DNA from: Ignavibacteriota bacterium
GTDB lineage: Bacteria > Bacteroidota > Ignavibacteria > UBA10030 > SZUA-254
Reading direction: 5' to 3'
Assembly: GCA_016212665.1 (NCBI GenBank)
Contig: JACREZ010000002.1
Coordinates: 15,509-79,508, forward strand
DNA length: 64,000 nt
Shown here: one piece after another, positions 1 through 8,463 of the stretch
Position numbering within the stretch: the first letter of the stretch is position 1
Layout of the letters: each line of letters starts with the position of its first letter
Made by a program: the position numbers and the translations under genes
Notes under the pieces: generated by a model
The model's database searches: none
Told to the model about the DNA's origin: nothing
What the model saw: only the letters and a program-made list of their open reading frames with translations

Positions 1-1080
1 GGTATCGCCCACGACCTCAATAATGTCCTCTCTCCAATCATGCTTGCCTTAGAAATACTCAGCAAAAAACTCCCTGATGAACATAGCCAGAAGATGCTGC
101 AGATGATACAAGCAAATATTAAGCGTGGTGCAGACCTCATCAAACAGGTATTGTCATTTGCCCGTGGTGTTGAAGGCAAACATACGATTGTGCAGATTCG
201 CCACCTTATTGATGAAATGGGAAAGACTATCAATGAAACATTTCCAAAATCCATACAATTCTATACCGATGTTCCGAAAAACCTTCCCACCATCACGGCA
301 GATGCAACACAAATTCATCAAGTGTTAATGAACCTTTGTGTTAACGCCCGCGATGCAATGCAAAACGGGGGAATTATAGAAATTAAAGCAGAGACCCTCC
401 ATCTGGACGAACAATATGTTCTCATGAACGTTGATGCTAAGCCGGGGAGATTTGTTGTTGTCACGGTTAGCGACCAAGGGACGGGAATCCCTCCGGCTTT
501 ATTAGAAAGAATTTTTGAACCGTTCTTTACAACAAAAGAAGTCGGCAAAGGAACAGGATTAGGTCTTTCTACCGTCCTCGCTATTGTCAAAAGCCATAAC
601 GGCTTTGTGAACGTGTACAGCGAGGTCGGGAAAGGAACAACATTTAAGGTGTATTTACCGGCAAACAATGGTGAAGTGTCAGCAGTTTCAGAAGAAAAAG
701 AATTGCTTCCGATGGGTAACGGCGAGTTAATTCTTGTCGTTGATGATGAAGCGGGAATACGTGAAGTTACGAAGGCAACATTAGAAGTACATGGTTACCG
801 GGTTATCTTAGCATCAGACGGGACGCAAGCAGTTACTGCATATGCAATACACCGGGAACAAATCGCACTTGTAATAACCGATATGTTAATGCCTTTCATG
901 GACGGACCGACAACGATTCGCGCATTACAAAACATGAATCCGAAAATTAAGATTCTGGCAGTCAGCGGACTCAAAGAGGATGGTTACAATTTTAATCACG
1001 ACTTAATTGTATTCCTGCATAAACCGTATACTTCAGAAAAATTATTGAGAACAGTCAAGGAAATGCTCACTAAAGGATGA
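1..1080 (+). CDS. Hybrid sensor histidine kinase/response regulator (5' end outside the window)
   Basis: Frame 1 from base 1 reads GIAHDLNNVLSPI (H-box), then NLCVNARDAM (N-box), DQGTGI, FEPFFTTKEVGKGTGLGL and a C-terminal receiver domain (ILVVDDE...ITDMLMP...KPY). Confidence 0.95.
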   Translation, partial: GIAHDLNNVLSPIMLALEILSKKLPDEHSQKMLQMIQANIKRGADLIKQVLSFARGVEGKHTIVQIRHLIDEMGKTINETFPKSIQFYTDVPKNLPTITADATQIHQVLMNLCVNARDAMQNGGIIEIKAETLHLDEQYVLMNVDAKPGRFVVVTVSDQGTGIPPALLERIFEPFFTTKEVGKGTGLGLSTVLAIVKSHNGFVNVYSEVGKGTTFKVYLPANNGEVSAVSEEKELLPMGNGELILVVDDEAGIREVTKATLEVHGYRVILASDGTQAVTAYAIHREQIALVITDMLMPFMDGPTTIRALQNMNPKIKILAVSGLKEDGYNFNHDLIVFLHKPYTSEKLLRTVKEMLTKG

Positions 1081-1112
1081 TTGCTTCATTGCTGAGCGAA
1101 TTTCATTTCATC

Positions 1113-1151
1113 GAGAAAGCCGGACACGATGTTGTTCGGCTTTTCTCTTTT
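1113..1151 (+). terminator. Probable intrinsic terminator
   Basis: GAGAAAGCCGGA...TTCGGCTTTTCTC stem followed by a T-run, about 30 nt after the kinase stop. Confidence 0.6.
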
Positions 1152-1329
1152 CCCTTGAATGAGACGATACAGAATTGACAGGTCAATTGATTATCATCAG
1201 TTTTTTTGTTACACTACACCGAAACAACAATGGCAAAACCGCGAGATTGATACATTCTCATTTGCCAAAAAAAGTATCATTAACTATCAATTATTTATTG
1301 TTCTTATTTCAAGAAAAGGAAACACTTCC

Positions 1330-2280
1330 ATGAATAACAAAAAAATCATCGCAATCGTCGGTTCAACCGGCTCTCAGGGCAACGGCATTGCACGCGCTAT
1401 ACTGAACGATGCAAACAGCGAGTTCGCTGTCCGCGCTCTTACGCGCGATATCAACTCAGAGAAAGCAAAAGAATTAGCAAAACTCGGTGCCGAAGTTGTC
1501 GCGGCTGACGTTGACGACGTTGAAAGTTTGAAGAAAGCATTTACCGGCGCGTATGGCGCTTACTGCGTTACATTTTTCTGGGCGCATTTTTCACCGGAGA
1601 AAGAGATTGCACACGCCAACGCAATGGCTGAAGCCGCGAAAGATGCCGGTCTTCAGCATGTCATTTGGTCCACTCTTGAAGACACACGCAATTGGGTTCC
1701 CCTCACCGATAACCGAATGCCAACGTTAATGGGAAAATATAAAGTACCGCATTTCGATGCTAAGGGGGAAGCTAATCAGGCATTCACATCGCGAGGTGTT
1801 CCGACAACATTTCTGCTGACCTCCTTCTACTGGGACAATTTGATTTTCTTCGGTATGGGACCGAAGAAAGGACCCGACGGTAATTTGTATTTTACTCTTC
1901 CTATGGGTGATAAGAAACTTCCCTCCATCGCCGCTGAAGATATCGGGAAGTGTGCATACGGAATATTAAAAAAAGGGAACGAGTTCATCGGAAAAACTAT
2001 CGGCATTGCCGGAGAACATCCCACAGGTGAACAAATGGCGAAGGCTCTCTCCAACGCGTTCAATCAGAATGTAAAATACAACAGTGTGAGCCCTGAGCAA
2101 TACCGCAGTTTCGGTTTTCCTGGAGCAGAAGATCTTGGGAACATGTTCCAGTTCAAAAGCGACTTCGAAGAATACTTTTGTGGCGTTAGAAACTTAGATG
2201 GTAGCCGTGCGCTTAATCCATCGCTTCAGAATTTTGAAACATGGCTTTCAAAAAATAAACATTTAATAAAGCTTGATTAA
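1330..2280 (+). CDS. NmrA/HSCARG family NAD(P)-binding protein
   Basis: Rossmann motif IVGSTGSQG, VRALTRD, VPHFDAKG; start moved to MNNKK (ATG 1330), which follows AAAGGA. Confidence 0.9.
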   Translation: MNNKKIIAIVGSTGSQGNGIARAILNDANSEFAVRALTRDINSEKAKELAKLGAEVVAADVDDVESLKKAFTGAYGAYCVTFFWAHFSPEKEIAHANAMAEAAKDAGLQHVIWSTLEDTRNWVPLTDNRMPTLMGKYKVPHFDAKGEANQAFTSRGVPTTFLLTSFYWDNLIFFGMGPKKGPDGNLYFTLPMGDKKLPSIAAEDIGKCAYGILKKGNEFIGKTIGIAGEHPTGEQMAKALSNAFNQNVKYNSVSPEQYRSFGFPGAEDLGNMFQFKSDFEEYFCGVRNLDGSRALNPSLQNFETWLSKNKHLIKLD

Positions 2281-2322
2281 GTAACTGATGTTACTTCAAT
2301 AGAATCTGGAATCCATTTGTTT

Positions 2323-2467
2323 TAGGGACTGTCTCAAAAATTAGATTTCACTGTAGACGCAATCTTTGCCTAGGGCATCACTTTGGGACATGGTTGCGTT
2401 TCCACATCAAAAACGCAGACATAAAGTCTGCGGCTACTCTTTATTTAGACTTTTGAGACAGCCCCTA
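2323..2467. mobile_element. Non-autonomous MITE-like element containing a REP doublet
   Basis: Ends TAGGGACTGTCTCAAAA (2323-2339) and TTTTGAGACAGCCCCTA (2451-2467) are 17-bp inverted repeats with 1 mismatch; no internal coding capacity; two convergent GTAG-headed hairpins inside. Confidence 0.7.
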
Positions 2468-2598
2468 GAGGAATGGCCTCGTACAAACGATGAAAGCATA
2501 GATTAATAAAATGTTGTTCTATGAACCCTTGCAACTGCATACCAACAGAAACATTGGAACCATTATAAAAAACAGAATCATATCTTAGGAAGAATATC

Positions 2599-3021
2599 AT
2601 GGGCACAATAAAAACCAAAGCAACCAAAATAGACATTGATACTTTTCTTCTAAGTATCGAACCGGAGAAAAAAAGAGCCGACAGTATTGCGCTGAAAAAA
2701 GTTTTCGACGGCGCAACGAATGAAAAACCTGCTCTCTGGAATAACAATATGATTGGGTACGGGTCGTTTCATTATAAGTCCGAGAGAAGCGCTCAGGAAG
2801 GTGATTGGCCCCTTACAGGATTCTCTCCAAGAAAGCAGAACATAACAATTTACATCATGCCGGGAGTAAAAAACTATGGGGAGTTACTGGATAAACTCGG
2901 CAAGTTTACAATCAGTTCGGGTTCATGTTTGTATATCAAGAACATCGAAGATGTTGACCTGAAAGTATTGAAGAAATTAATATCAACTTCCGTTAAGGAT
3001 ATGAAAAAGAAGTACGGGTAA
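2599..3021 (+). CDS. DUF1801 (YdhG-like) domain protein
   Basis: MIGYGSFHY...GDWPLTGFSPRKQNITIY...LGK...SCLYIK pattern. Confidence 0.85.
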   Translation: MGTIKTKATKIDIDTFLLSIEPEKKRADSIALKKVFDGATNEKPALWNNNMIGYGSFHYKSERSAQEGDWPLTGFSPRKQNITIYIMPGVKNYGELLDKLGKFTISSGSCLYIKNIEDVDLKVLKKLISTSVKDMKKKYG

Positions 3022-3106
3022 TTACATGAGCCGAATGAATTTCTTTCCGGCTTCTTCTTTTTGATAATCACACGGATTTTCCGTTAATTCCTTCCGCAAA
3101 TTGAAA

Positions 3107-3179
3107 GTGCGACTCACTTTCCGTTTAGATTGTTCAAATCTGAAATACGTTCTTCCTCTTCGAGAGAAGTGAGTCGCAC
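3107..3179. repeat. Perfect 13-bp inverted repeat upstream of mutS
   Basis: GTGCGACTCACTT (3107-3119) and AAGTGAGTCGCAC (3167-3179). Confidence 0.85.
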
Positions 3180-3224
3180 ATACAACCAAAAACCAACTAA
3201 CTGTTAAACGACAACGAAATAAAC

Positions 3225-5996
3225 TTGTCAACTCCATTAATGAGACAATACGCGCAGGTGAAGGCGAAGTATCCCGACACGATACTTCTCTTCCGCATGG
3301 GCGATTTTTATGAAACGTTCGAAGAAGACGCAAAAGTTACTTCCAAAGTTCTCGGCATCGTCCTGACGCGGCGGGGAAACGGAACATCGGGAGAAACGCC
3401 GCTTGCGGGATTTCCTCATCACGCGCTTGAATCGTACCTGCCAAAGTTGTTGAAAGCCGGTCACCGCGTCGCCATCTGCGAACAACTCGAAGACCCGAAG
3501 TTTGCCAAAGGAATTGTCAAGCGTGATGTAATTGAAGTGGTAACGCCCGGCGTTTCTTTTTCAGACAAAGTTCTTGAGCAAAAGCAAAACAATTATCTTA
3601 TGGCGCTCGCTCTCCCCTCTCCTCTCGCCACGGGAAACGACATCATCGGTGTTGCGTTCGTGGATGTTTCGACTGCGGAGTTTCGGGTGAGTGAAATTCC
3701 TCTCAGGCAATTGCAGGAACAAATCGCATCGCTCTCCCCTTCTGAAATTATTGCACAAAAGCGGGACATTGAAACGCTTCAGCAACTTCTCAAACAGAAA
3801 TACACAGGAATTTATTCGAAGTTGGACGATTGGATTTTCAACTACGATTACGCCTACGAATTACTCATCAATCATTTCAAAACACAAACGCTGAAGGGGT
3901 TCGGGGTTGAAGGATTGCGAAGTGGAATTATCGCGGCGGGAGCTGTGATGAATTATTTGCAGGAAACACAGAAGACGAATCTCTCGCACTTGCGAAGAAT
4001 TTCGCCGTACAACATCAGCGAGTACATGATACTTGACCCATCAACCAAGCGAAACTTAGAGATGACTAAATCGGTTGACGGAAAAGATGACGGCACGCTC
4101 TTCTGGGTTCTCGACCGGACACAAACGCCAATGGGCGGGCGCATGTTGAAAGAATGGCTCAACCATCCGCTCAGAACACTTGAACCAATTCAAGCGCGGC
4201 TTGAAGCAGTGAAAGAATTGTTTGAAAAGAGAGACATGCGGAGAAATGTCATCGAATCGCTTTCACACATAGGTGATTTGGAGCGGCTCATTTCCAAAAT
4301 CTGCACCGGACGCGCCAATCCCCGTGAAGTGGTTTCATTGAAGAATTTCCTCTCCCATATTTCAAAGCTCAAACTCATTCTGAACAGTAATCAGTATTCA
4401 GTAGTCAGTAATCAGAAATTTCACCCGCCGCAGGCGGGCAAGGAAATCGGCAATCAACAATCCGATATCCAAAATCCGAAATCCGAAATCGTTAGCTCGA
4501 CACTCCAACGACTCCACGACTCCATCTCTCCATTAAACGAGGTTGTTGATTTGATAGAAAAAGGACTCCAATCGGATCCTCCGTTGGCGTTGAACGACGG
4601 TGGCGTTATCAAACAAGGATACAACGGTGTGTTGGATGAACTCCGGGACATCACGCTCAACGGGAAACAGTGGATTGCAAATTTACAAGCGAAGGAACGG
4701 GAACGAACCGGAATTTCTTCGCTGAAGATTGGCTTCAATAACGTGTTTGGTTATTACATCGAAGTAACTCACACGCACAAAGAGAAAATCCCGAACGATT
4801 ACATCCGCAAGCAGACAATGACCAATGCTGAACGGTTCATCACGCCGGAATTGAAAGAGTACGAGGAGAAGATTCTTCATGCGGAAGAAAAGATTCTCGC
4901 ACTTGAAACTCAACTCTTCAACGAACTGCGGCTTACAATTGCAGAACATGCGGATGCAATTCAACACAATGCGCGACTCATCGCTATGCTCGATTGCTTT
5001 GCATCGCTTGCTGATGTTGCATACGAGTACAAGTATGTTTGTCCCGATGTGAATGATTCGACCAGCATAACAATTGTTGAAGGACGGCATCCGGTTATCG
5101 AGCAACTTCTCCCTCCCGGCGAACAATACACACCAAACGACGTTCTGCTTGATACGGTTGAGAATCAAATTCTTATCATCACGGGACCGAACATGAGCGG
5201 AAAGTCTTCGTATCTCCGGCAGGCGGCTCTCATTTCGTTGCTTGCTCAGATTGGAAGTTTCGTTCCGGCAAAGGAAGCACATCTTGGAATTGTTGATAGA
5301 ATTTTCACTCGTGTTGGCGCAAGCGATAATATTGCTTCGGGTGAAAGTACGTTTCTTGTCGAGATGCACGAAGCGGCGAACATTGTCAACTCGGCAACCG
5401 AAAAAAGTTTGATTTTACTTGATGAAGTCGGGCGCGGCACCAGCACGTTCGATGGTATCAGTATCGCGTGGTCACTGACGGAATATCTTCACAATCGCAT
5501 TGGCGCAAAAACGCTCTTTGCAACACACTACCACGAACTGAACGAACTTGCCGACCTTCATCCCCGAATCAAAAACTACAAAGTTGATGTGCGTGAATAC
5601 GGTGACAAAGTTATTTTCCTTCACAAAGTCAAACCCGGTTTCGCTGACCATTCGTATGGAATTCAGGTTGCACAAATGGCGGGATTGCCGGAGGAAGTTA
5701 CGGAGCGCGCTAAGAGCATTTTGAAAAATTTAGAGGGTTCAGAGTTGACTGTACATGGCGGTGAGCGTGGAGCGGTGAGCGGTGATAATGAACGACAGCA
5801 ACTCACCACTAACAACTCACCACTCACTAACAACAGGCAGAGAAGCAAAGGGCGCGTGGGTGCTGGGGAAGTTCAACTGACATTATTTGAGATGCGGGAT
5901 GATAAACTGCGCGAGGAACTGAAGAAAATTGATTTGGATACGATGACACCGATGGAAGCGATGCAAAAGTTGGCGGAATTGAAGAAGAGAGTGTGA
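3225..5996 (+). CDS. mutS: DNA mismatch repair protein MutS, with two repeat-derived insertions
   Basis: TPLMRQY...FRMGDFYE, Walker [45 protein letters not shown] start. Confidence 0.98.
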   Translation: MSTPLMRQYAQVKAKYPDTILLFRMGDFYETFEEDAKVTSKVLGIVLTRRGNGTSGETPLAGFPHHALESYLPKLLKAGHRVAICEQLEDPKFAKGIVKRDVIEVVTPGVSFSDKVLEQKQNNYLMALALPSPLATGNDIIGVAFVDVSTAEFRVSEIPLRQLQEQIASLSPSEIIAQKRDIETLQQLLKQKYTGIYSKLDDWIFNYDYAYELLINHFKTQTLKGFGVEGLRSGIIAAGAVMNYLQETQKTNLSHLRRISPYNISEYMILDPSTKRNLEMTKSVDGKDDGTLFWVLDRTQTPMGGRMLKEWLNHPLRTLEPIQARLEAVKELFEKRDMRRNVIESLSHIGDLERLISKICTGRANPREVVSLKNFLSHISKLKLILNSNQYSVVSNQKFHPPQAGKEIGNQQSDIQNPKSEIVSSTLQRLHDSISPLNEVVDLIEKGLQSDPPLALNDGGVIKQGYNGVLDELRDITLNGKQWIANLQAKERERTGISSLKIGFNNVFGYYIEVTHTHKEKIPNDYIRKQTMTNAERFITPELKEYEEKILHAEEKILALETQLFNELRLTIAEHADAIQHNARLIAMLDCFASLADVAYEYKYVCPDVNDSTSITIVEGRHPVIEQLLPPGEQYTPNDVLLDTVENQILIITGPNMSGKSSYLRQAALISLLAQIGSFVPAKEAHLGIVDRIFTRVGASDNIASGESTFLVEMHEAANIVNSATEKSLILLDEVGRGTSTFDGISIAWSLTEYLHNRIGAKTLFATHYHELNELADLHPRIKNYKVDVREYGDKVIFLHKVKPGFADHSYGIQVAQMAGLPEEVTERAKSILKNLEGSELTVHGGERGAVSGDNERQQLTTNNSPLTNNRQRSKGRVGAGEVQLTLFEMRDDKLREELKKIDLDTMTPMEAMQKLAELKKRV
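4385..4492 (+). repeat. In-frame heptamer arrays plus mini-palindrome inside mutS
   Basis: CAGTAAT CAGTATT CAGTAGT CAGTAAT CAGAAAT; then CCCGCC-GCA-GGCGGG; then AAATCGG CAATCAA CAATCCG ATATCCA AAATCCG AAATCCG AAATCGT. Confidence 0.9.
5758..5833 (+). repeat. Inverted pair of heptamer arrays in the MutS C-terminal linker
   Basis: GCGGTGA GCGTGGA GCGGTGA GCGGTGA ... CAACTCA CCACTAA CAACTCA CCACTCA CTAACAA. Confidence 0.85.
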
Positions 5997-5997
5997 T

Positions 5998-6420
5998 ATG
6001 AACTACGATATTGAAACCACTGAGACACAGAGTCTCGGAGAAAAATCTTTTTACTACAACGACATAACTGAAAAAATTATTTCGTCAGCAATCGAAGTTC
6101 ATAGAACATTGGGTCCCGGTTTGTTGGAAAGCGCGTATGAGGAATGTCTTTGCCGTGAATTACAAATTCGAAACGTATCATTTGTAAGACAACAGCCATT
6201 GCCTGTTGTTTACAAGGGAGTTACGCTTGACTGTGGTTACAGAATGGACATAGTCGTTGATAACAAAGTAGTTATTGAACTCAAATGTGTTGATGCAATC
6301 GCTCCGGTTCACAAAGCACAACTCCTGACGTATTTGAAACTGTCAGGAATCAAAGTAGGTTTAATACTAAACTTCTATGTTCCTGTTCTAAAAGATGGAA
6401 TATGTCGGATGGTTTTATGA
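5998..6420 (+). CDS. GxxExxY protein (PD-(D/E)XK nuclease-like fold)
   Basis: [18 protein letters not shown] (GxxExxY motif), YRMDIVV...[15 protein letters not shown]...GLILNF; starts 1 nt after the mutS stop. Confidence 0.93.
   Translation: MNYDIETTETQSLGEKSFYYNDITEKIISSAIEVHRTLGPGLLESAYEECLCRELQIRNVSFVRQQPLPVVYKGVTLDCGYRMDIVVDNKVVIELKCVDAIAPVHKAQLLTYLKLSGIKVGLILNFYVPVLKDGICRMVL
6015..6040 (+). repeat. AACCACwGAGACACAGAG-type repeat, 5' copy inside the GxxExxY N-terminus
   Basis: AACCACTGAGACACAGAGTCTCGGAG. Confidence 0.8.
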
Positions 6421-6452
6421 ATTGTTCAGTTCTCTATTTTAGATAATAAATT

Positions 6453-6515
6453 AACCACAGAGACACCGAGTCACAGTAATTTAACTATCTCAGTGTCTCC
6501 CGTGCCTCTGTGGTT
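6453..6515. repeat. Inverted pair of the same repeat downstream of GxxExxY
   Basis: AACCACAGAGACACCGAGTCACAG (6453-6476) and CTCAGTGTCTCCCGTGCCTCTGTGGTT (6489-6515). Confidence 0.85.
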
Positions 6516-6538
6516 CACTATCAAAAAACTTAACAAAT

Positions 6539-7783
6539 ATGAATAGACGAAATTTTATCAAATCATCTTCCTTAGCCGCAACACTCCCACTTGTAGCTTC
6601 AACTGCTTTTGCACAACAACAATCAGCAGTTAGCAATCAGAAATCGGAAATCTTCAAATGGAGAATCAAGCCAATCACCAAAGAGGAACGCCTCGCACGG
6701 ATTGAAAATGCAAAGCGGCTGATGCACAGTCACAACATTGATGCGCTCCTGTTTGAAGGTGGAGTTACGCTGAATTATTTTACCGGAGTAAGTTGGGGAC
6801 GAAGCGAACGGTTGTTTGCTATGGTTTTGCCAAAAAACGGTGAGCCTGCATTCATCGCTCCGAAGTTTGAAGAATCGAGAGCGCAGGAACAAGTCGGAGA
6901 TTCTCGATTGCTCACGTGGGAAGAACATGAAAGCCCGTATGAATTAATCAAGCAAATTTTGCGGGACAATAATTCACTTCTCGGTAAAGTCGGGATTGAA
7001 GAGACAGTACGATATTTTGTCACCGAGAATTTATCAAAGGAAGCCAGTACGATTTCGCTGGTGAACGGAACTCAGGTTACAGCCGGTTGTCGCTCTGTTA
7101 AATCGGAACATGAAATTGAATTAATGCAAGTTGCTAATGACATCACGGCGGAAGTGTTTAAATCTTCCGTGCCTCAGTTGAAAGAAGGAATGACAGAACG
7201 GGAATTCGGTTCAATAATTTCTAAAAGTTTTTCTGAGTACGGTGTTGGCGGCGGAGCATTAGTACTGTTCGGTGAAAACTCTGCGCATCCGCATGGACTT
7301 ATCAAACAAAATAAACTGAAAGAGAACGATATAGTTCTTATTGATGGCGGTTGCTCGGTTGAAGGATATGCTTCGGATGTTACAAGAACAATCGTGTTCG
7401 GAAAACCGACAGACAAAATGAAACAGGTATTTGATATTGTTCGCACCGCTCAAACGTCAGCGCTCATTGCAGCAAAGCCCGGTGTTACCGGTGAAGTTCT
7501 GGATGCATCTGCACGCAAGGAGATTGTCAACGCAGGCTACGGACCCGACTACAAATATTTCACACATCGTCTCGGACATGGTATTGGTATGGAAGGACAC
7601 GAGTGGTATTATTTAGTTCGTGGCAACAAACATCCGGAAGAACCGGGGAACACGCATAGCAACGAGCCGGGAATTTATATCGTTGGCGAGTTCGGTGTAC
7701 GGTTGGAAGATACACTGCTCATTACCGATGACGGAGCGAAGTTGCTTCTTCCACAAGCGAAGAGTCTTCAGGAAATGTTTTAA
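6539..7783 (+). CDS. Xaa-Pro peptidase (M24 family) with Tat signal
   Basis: MNRRNFIK twin-arginine motif; LIDGG, YASDVTRT, HRLGHGIGMEGHE, SNEPGIY, GVRLED. Confidence 0.92.
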   Translation: MNRRNFIKSSSLAATLPLVASTAFAQQQSAVSNQKSEIFKWRIKPITKEERLARIENAKRLMHSHNIDALLFEGGVTLNYFTGVSWGRSERLFAMVLPKNGEPAFIAPKFEESRAQEQVGDSRLLTWEEHESPYELIKQILRDNNSLLGKVGIEETVRYFVTENLSKEASTISLVNGTQVTAGCRSVKSEHEIELMQVANDITAEVFKSSVPQLKEGMTEREFGSIISKSFSEYGVGGGALVLFGENSAHPHGLIKQNKLKENDIVLIDGGCSVEGYASDVTRTIVFGKPTDKMKQVFDIVRTAQTSALIAAKPGVTGEVLDASARKEIVNAGYGPDYKYFTHRLGHGIGMEGHEWYYLVRGNKHPEEPGNTHSNEPGIYIVGEFGVRLEDTLLITDDGAKLLLPQAKSLQEMF

Positions 7784-7797
7784 TTATCTACAAAACT

Positions 7798-7869
7798 GAT
7801 ATGCGATGTGCGATGTGAGATGTGAGATATGATTTTTTAATACACATCGCATTGCACACATCTCACATC
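7798..7869. repeat. Intergenic inverted pair of heptamer arrays
   Basis: GATATGC GATGTGC GATGTGA GATGTGA GATATGA, an AT-rich spacer, then ACACATC GCATTGC ACACATC TCACATC. Confidence 0.9.
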
Positions 7870-7905
7870 AGTTGCTAATAACAATAATAATGAAGGATTA
7901 CAACT

Positions 7906-8400
7906 ATGGTACTACAAGACATCAAACAACTGTTCGCGTACAACACGTGGGCAAATAATAAAATTTTTGAGGCAGTTACACTTATTCCGGCAGAACAATA
8001 TTTGCAGGATATGAAAAGCGGTCATGGCGGAATACATGGAACGCTGACACATATTGTTGCAGGACAAAAAATGTGGCTCTCGCGTTGGGTTGGAAAACCG
8101 GACTCGAAACTTCTGCACGGAGAAGATATTGCTTCACTTGCAGAGTTACAAACATTGTGGCACACTGTTGATGCTCACTTGAATGCACTGTTAGAAAAAA
8201 TGACCGATTCGCATTTACATGAAACTCAAACGGTAACTTCTATCAAAGGAGAAGTATTTACGCATACGTTTGGACAGATGATGCAACATCTTGTGAATCA
8301 TTCAAGTTTTCATCGCGGGCAAGTGGCAACAATGATTCGTCAACTCGGAATCAAACCACCGGCGACTGATTTGATTGCTTACTACCGCTTGAAAATTTGA
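7906..8400 (+). CDS. DinB family protein
   Basis: LFAYNTWAN, TLTHI...W..R, HLVNHSSFHRGQV, PPATD. Confidence 0.9.
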   Translation: MVLQDIKQLFAYNTWANNKIFEAVTLIPAEQYLQDMKSGHGGIHGTLTHIVAGQKMWLSRWVGKPDSKLLHGEDIASLAELQTLWHTVDAHLNALLEKMTDSHLHETQTVTSIKGEVFTHTFGQMMQHLVNHSSFHRGQVATMIRQLGIKPPATDLIAYYRLKI

Positions 8401-8463
8401 TTTTGATGGTAAGATATTCTACTTTCATACAAACATTATTTCCCAAACTTGAACTCTACACTT

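Noticed and set aside
1159..1329. N-terminal extension of the NmrA ORF
   Set aside because: The Rossmann motif begins right after ATG 1330, which has an SD-like AAAGGA; the extension is probably untranslated.
4385..4492. mutS and uvrC insertions as inteins or introns
   Set aside because: Too short, with no Cys/Ser...His-Asn intein termini and no group I/II intron features.
4683..5369. 228-aa antisense ORF inside mutS, and similar shadow ORFs elsewhere
   Set aside because: Fully overlaps a conserved gene on the opposite strand and has no recognisable motifs.
4385..7869. Short repeat arrays as a possible CRISPR array
   Set aside because: Units are 7-9 nt and contiguous, with no unique 30-40-nt spacers and no cas genes nearby.
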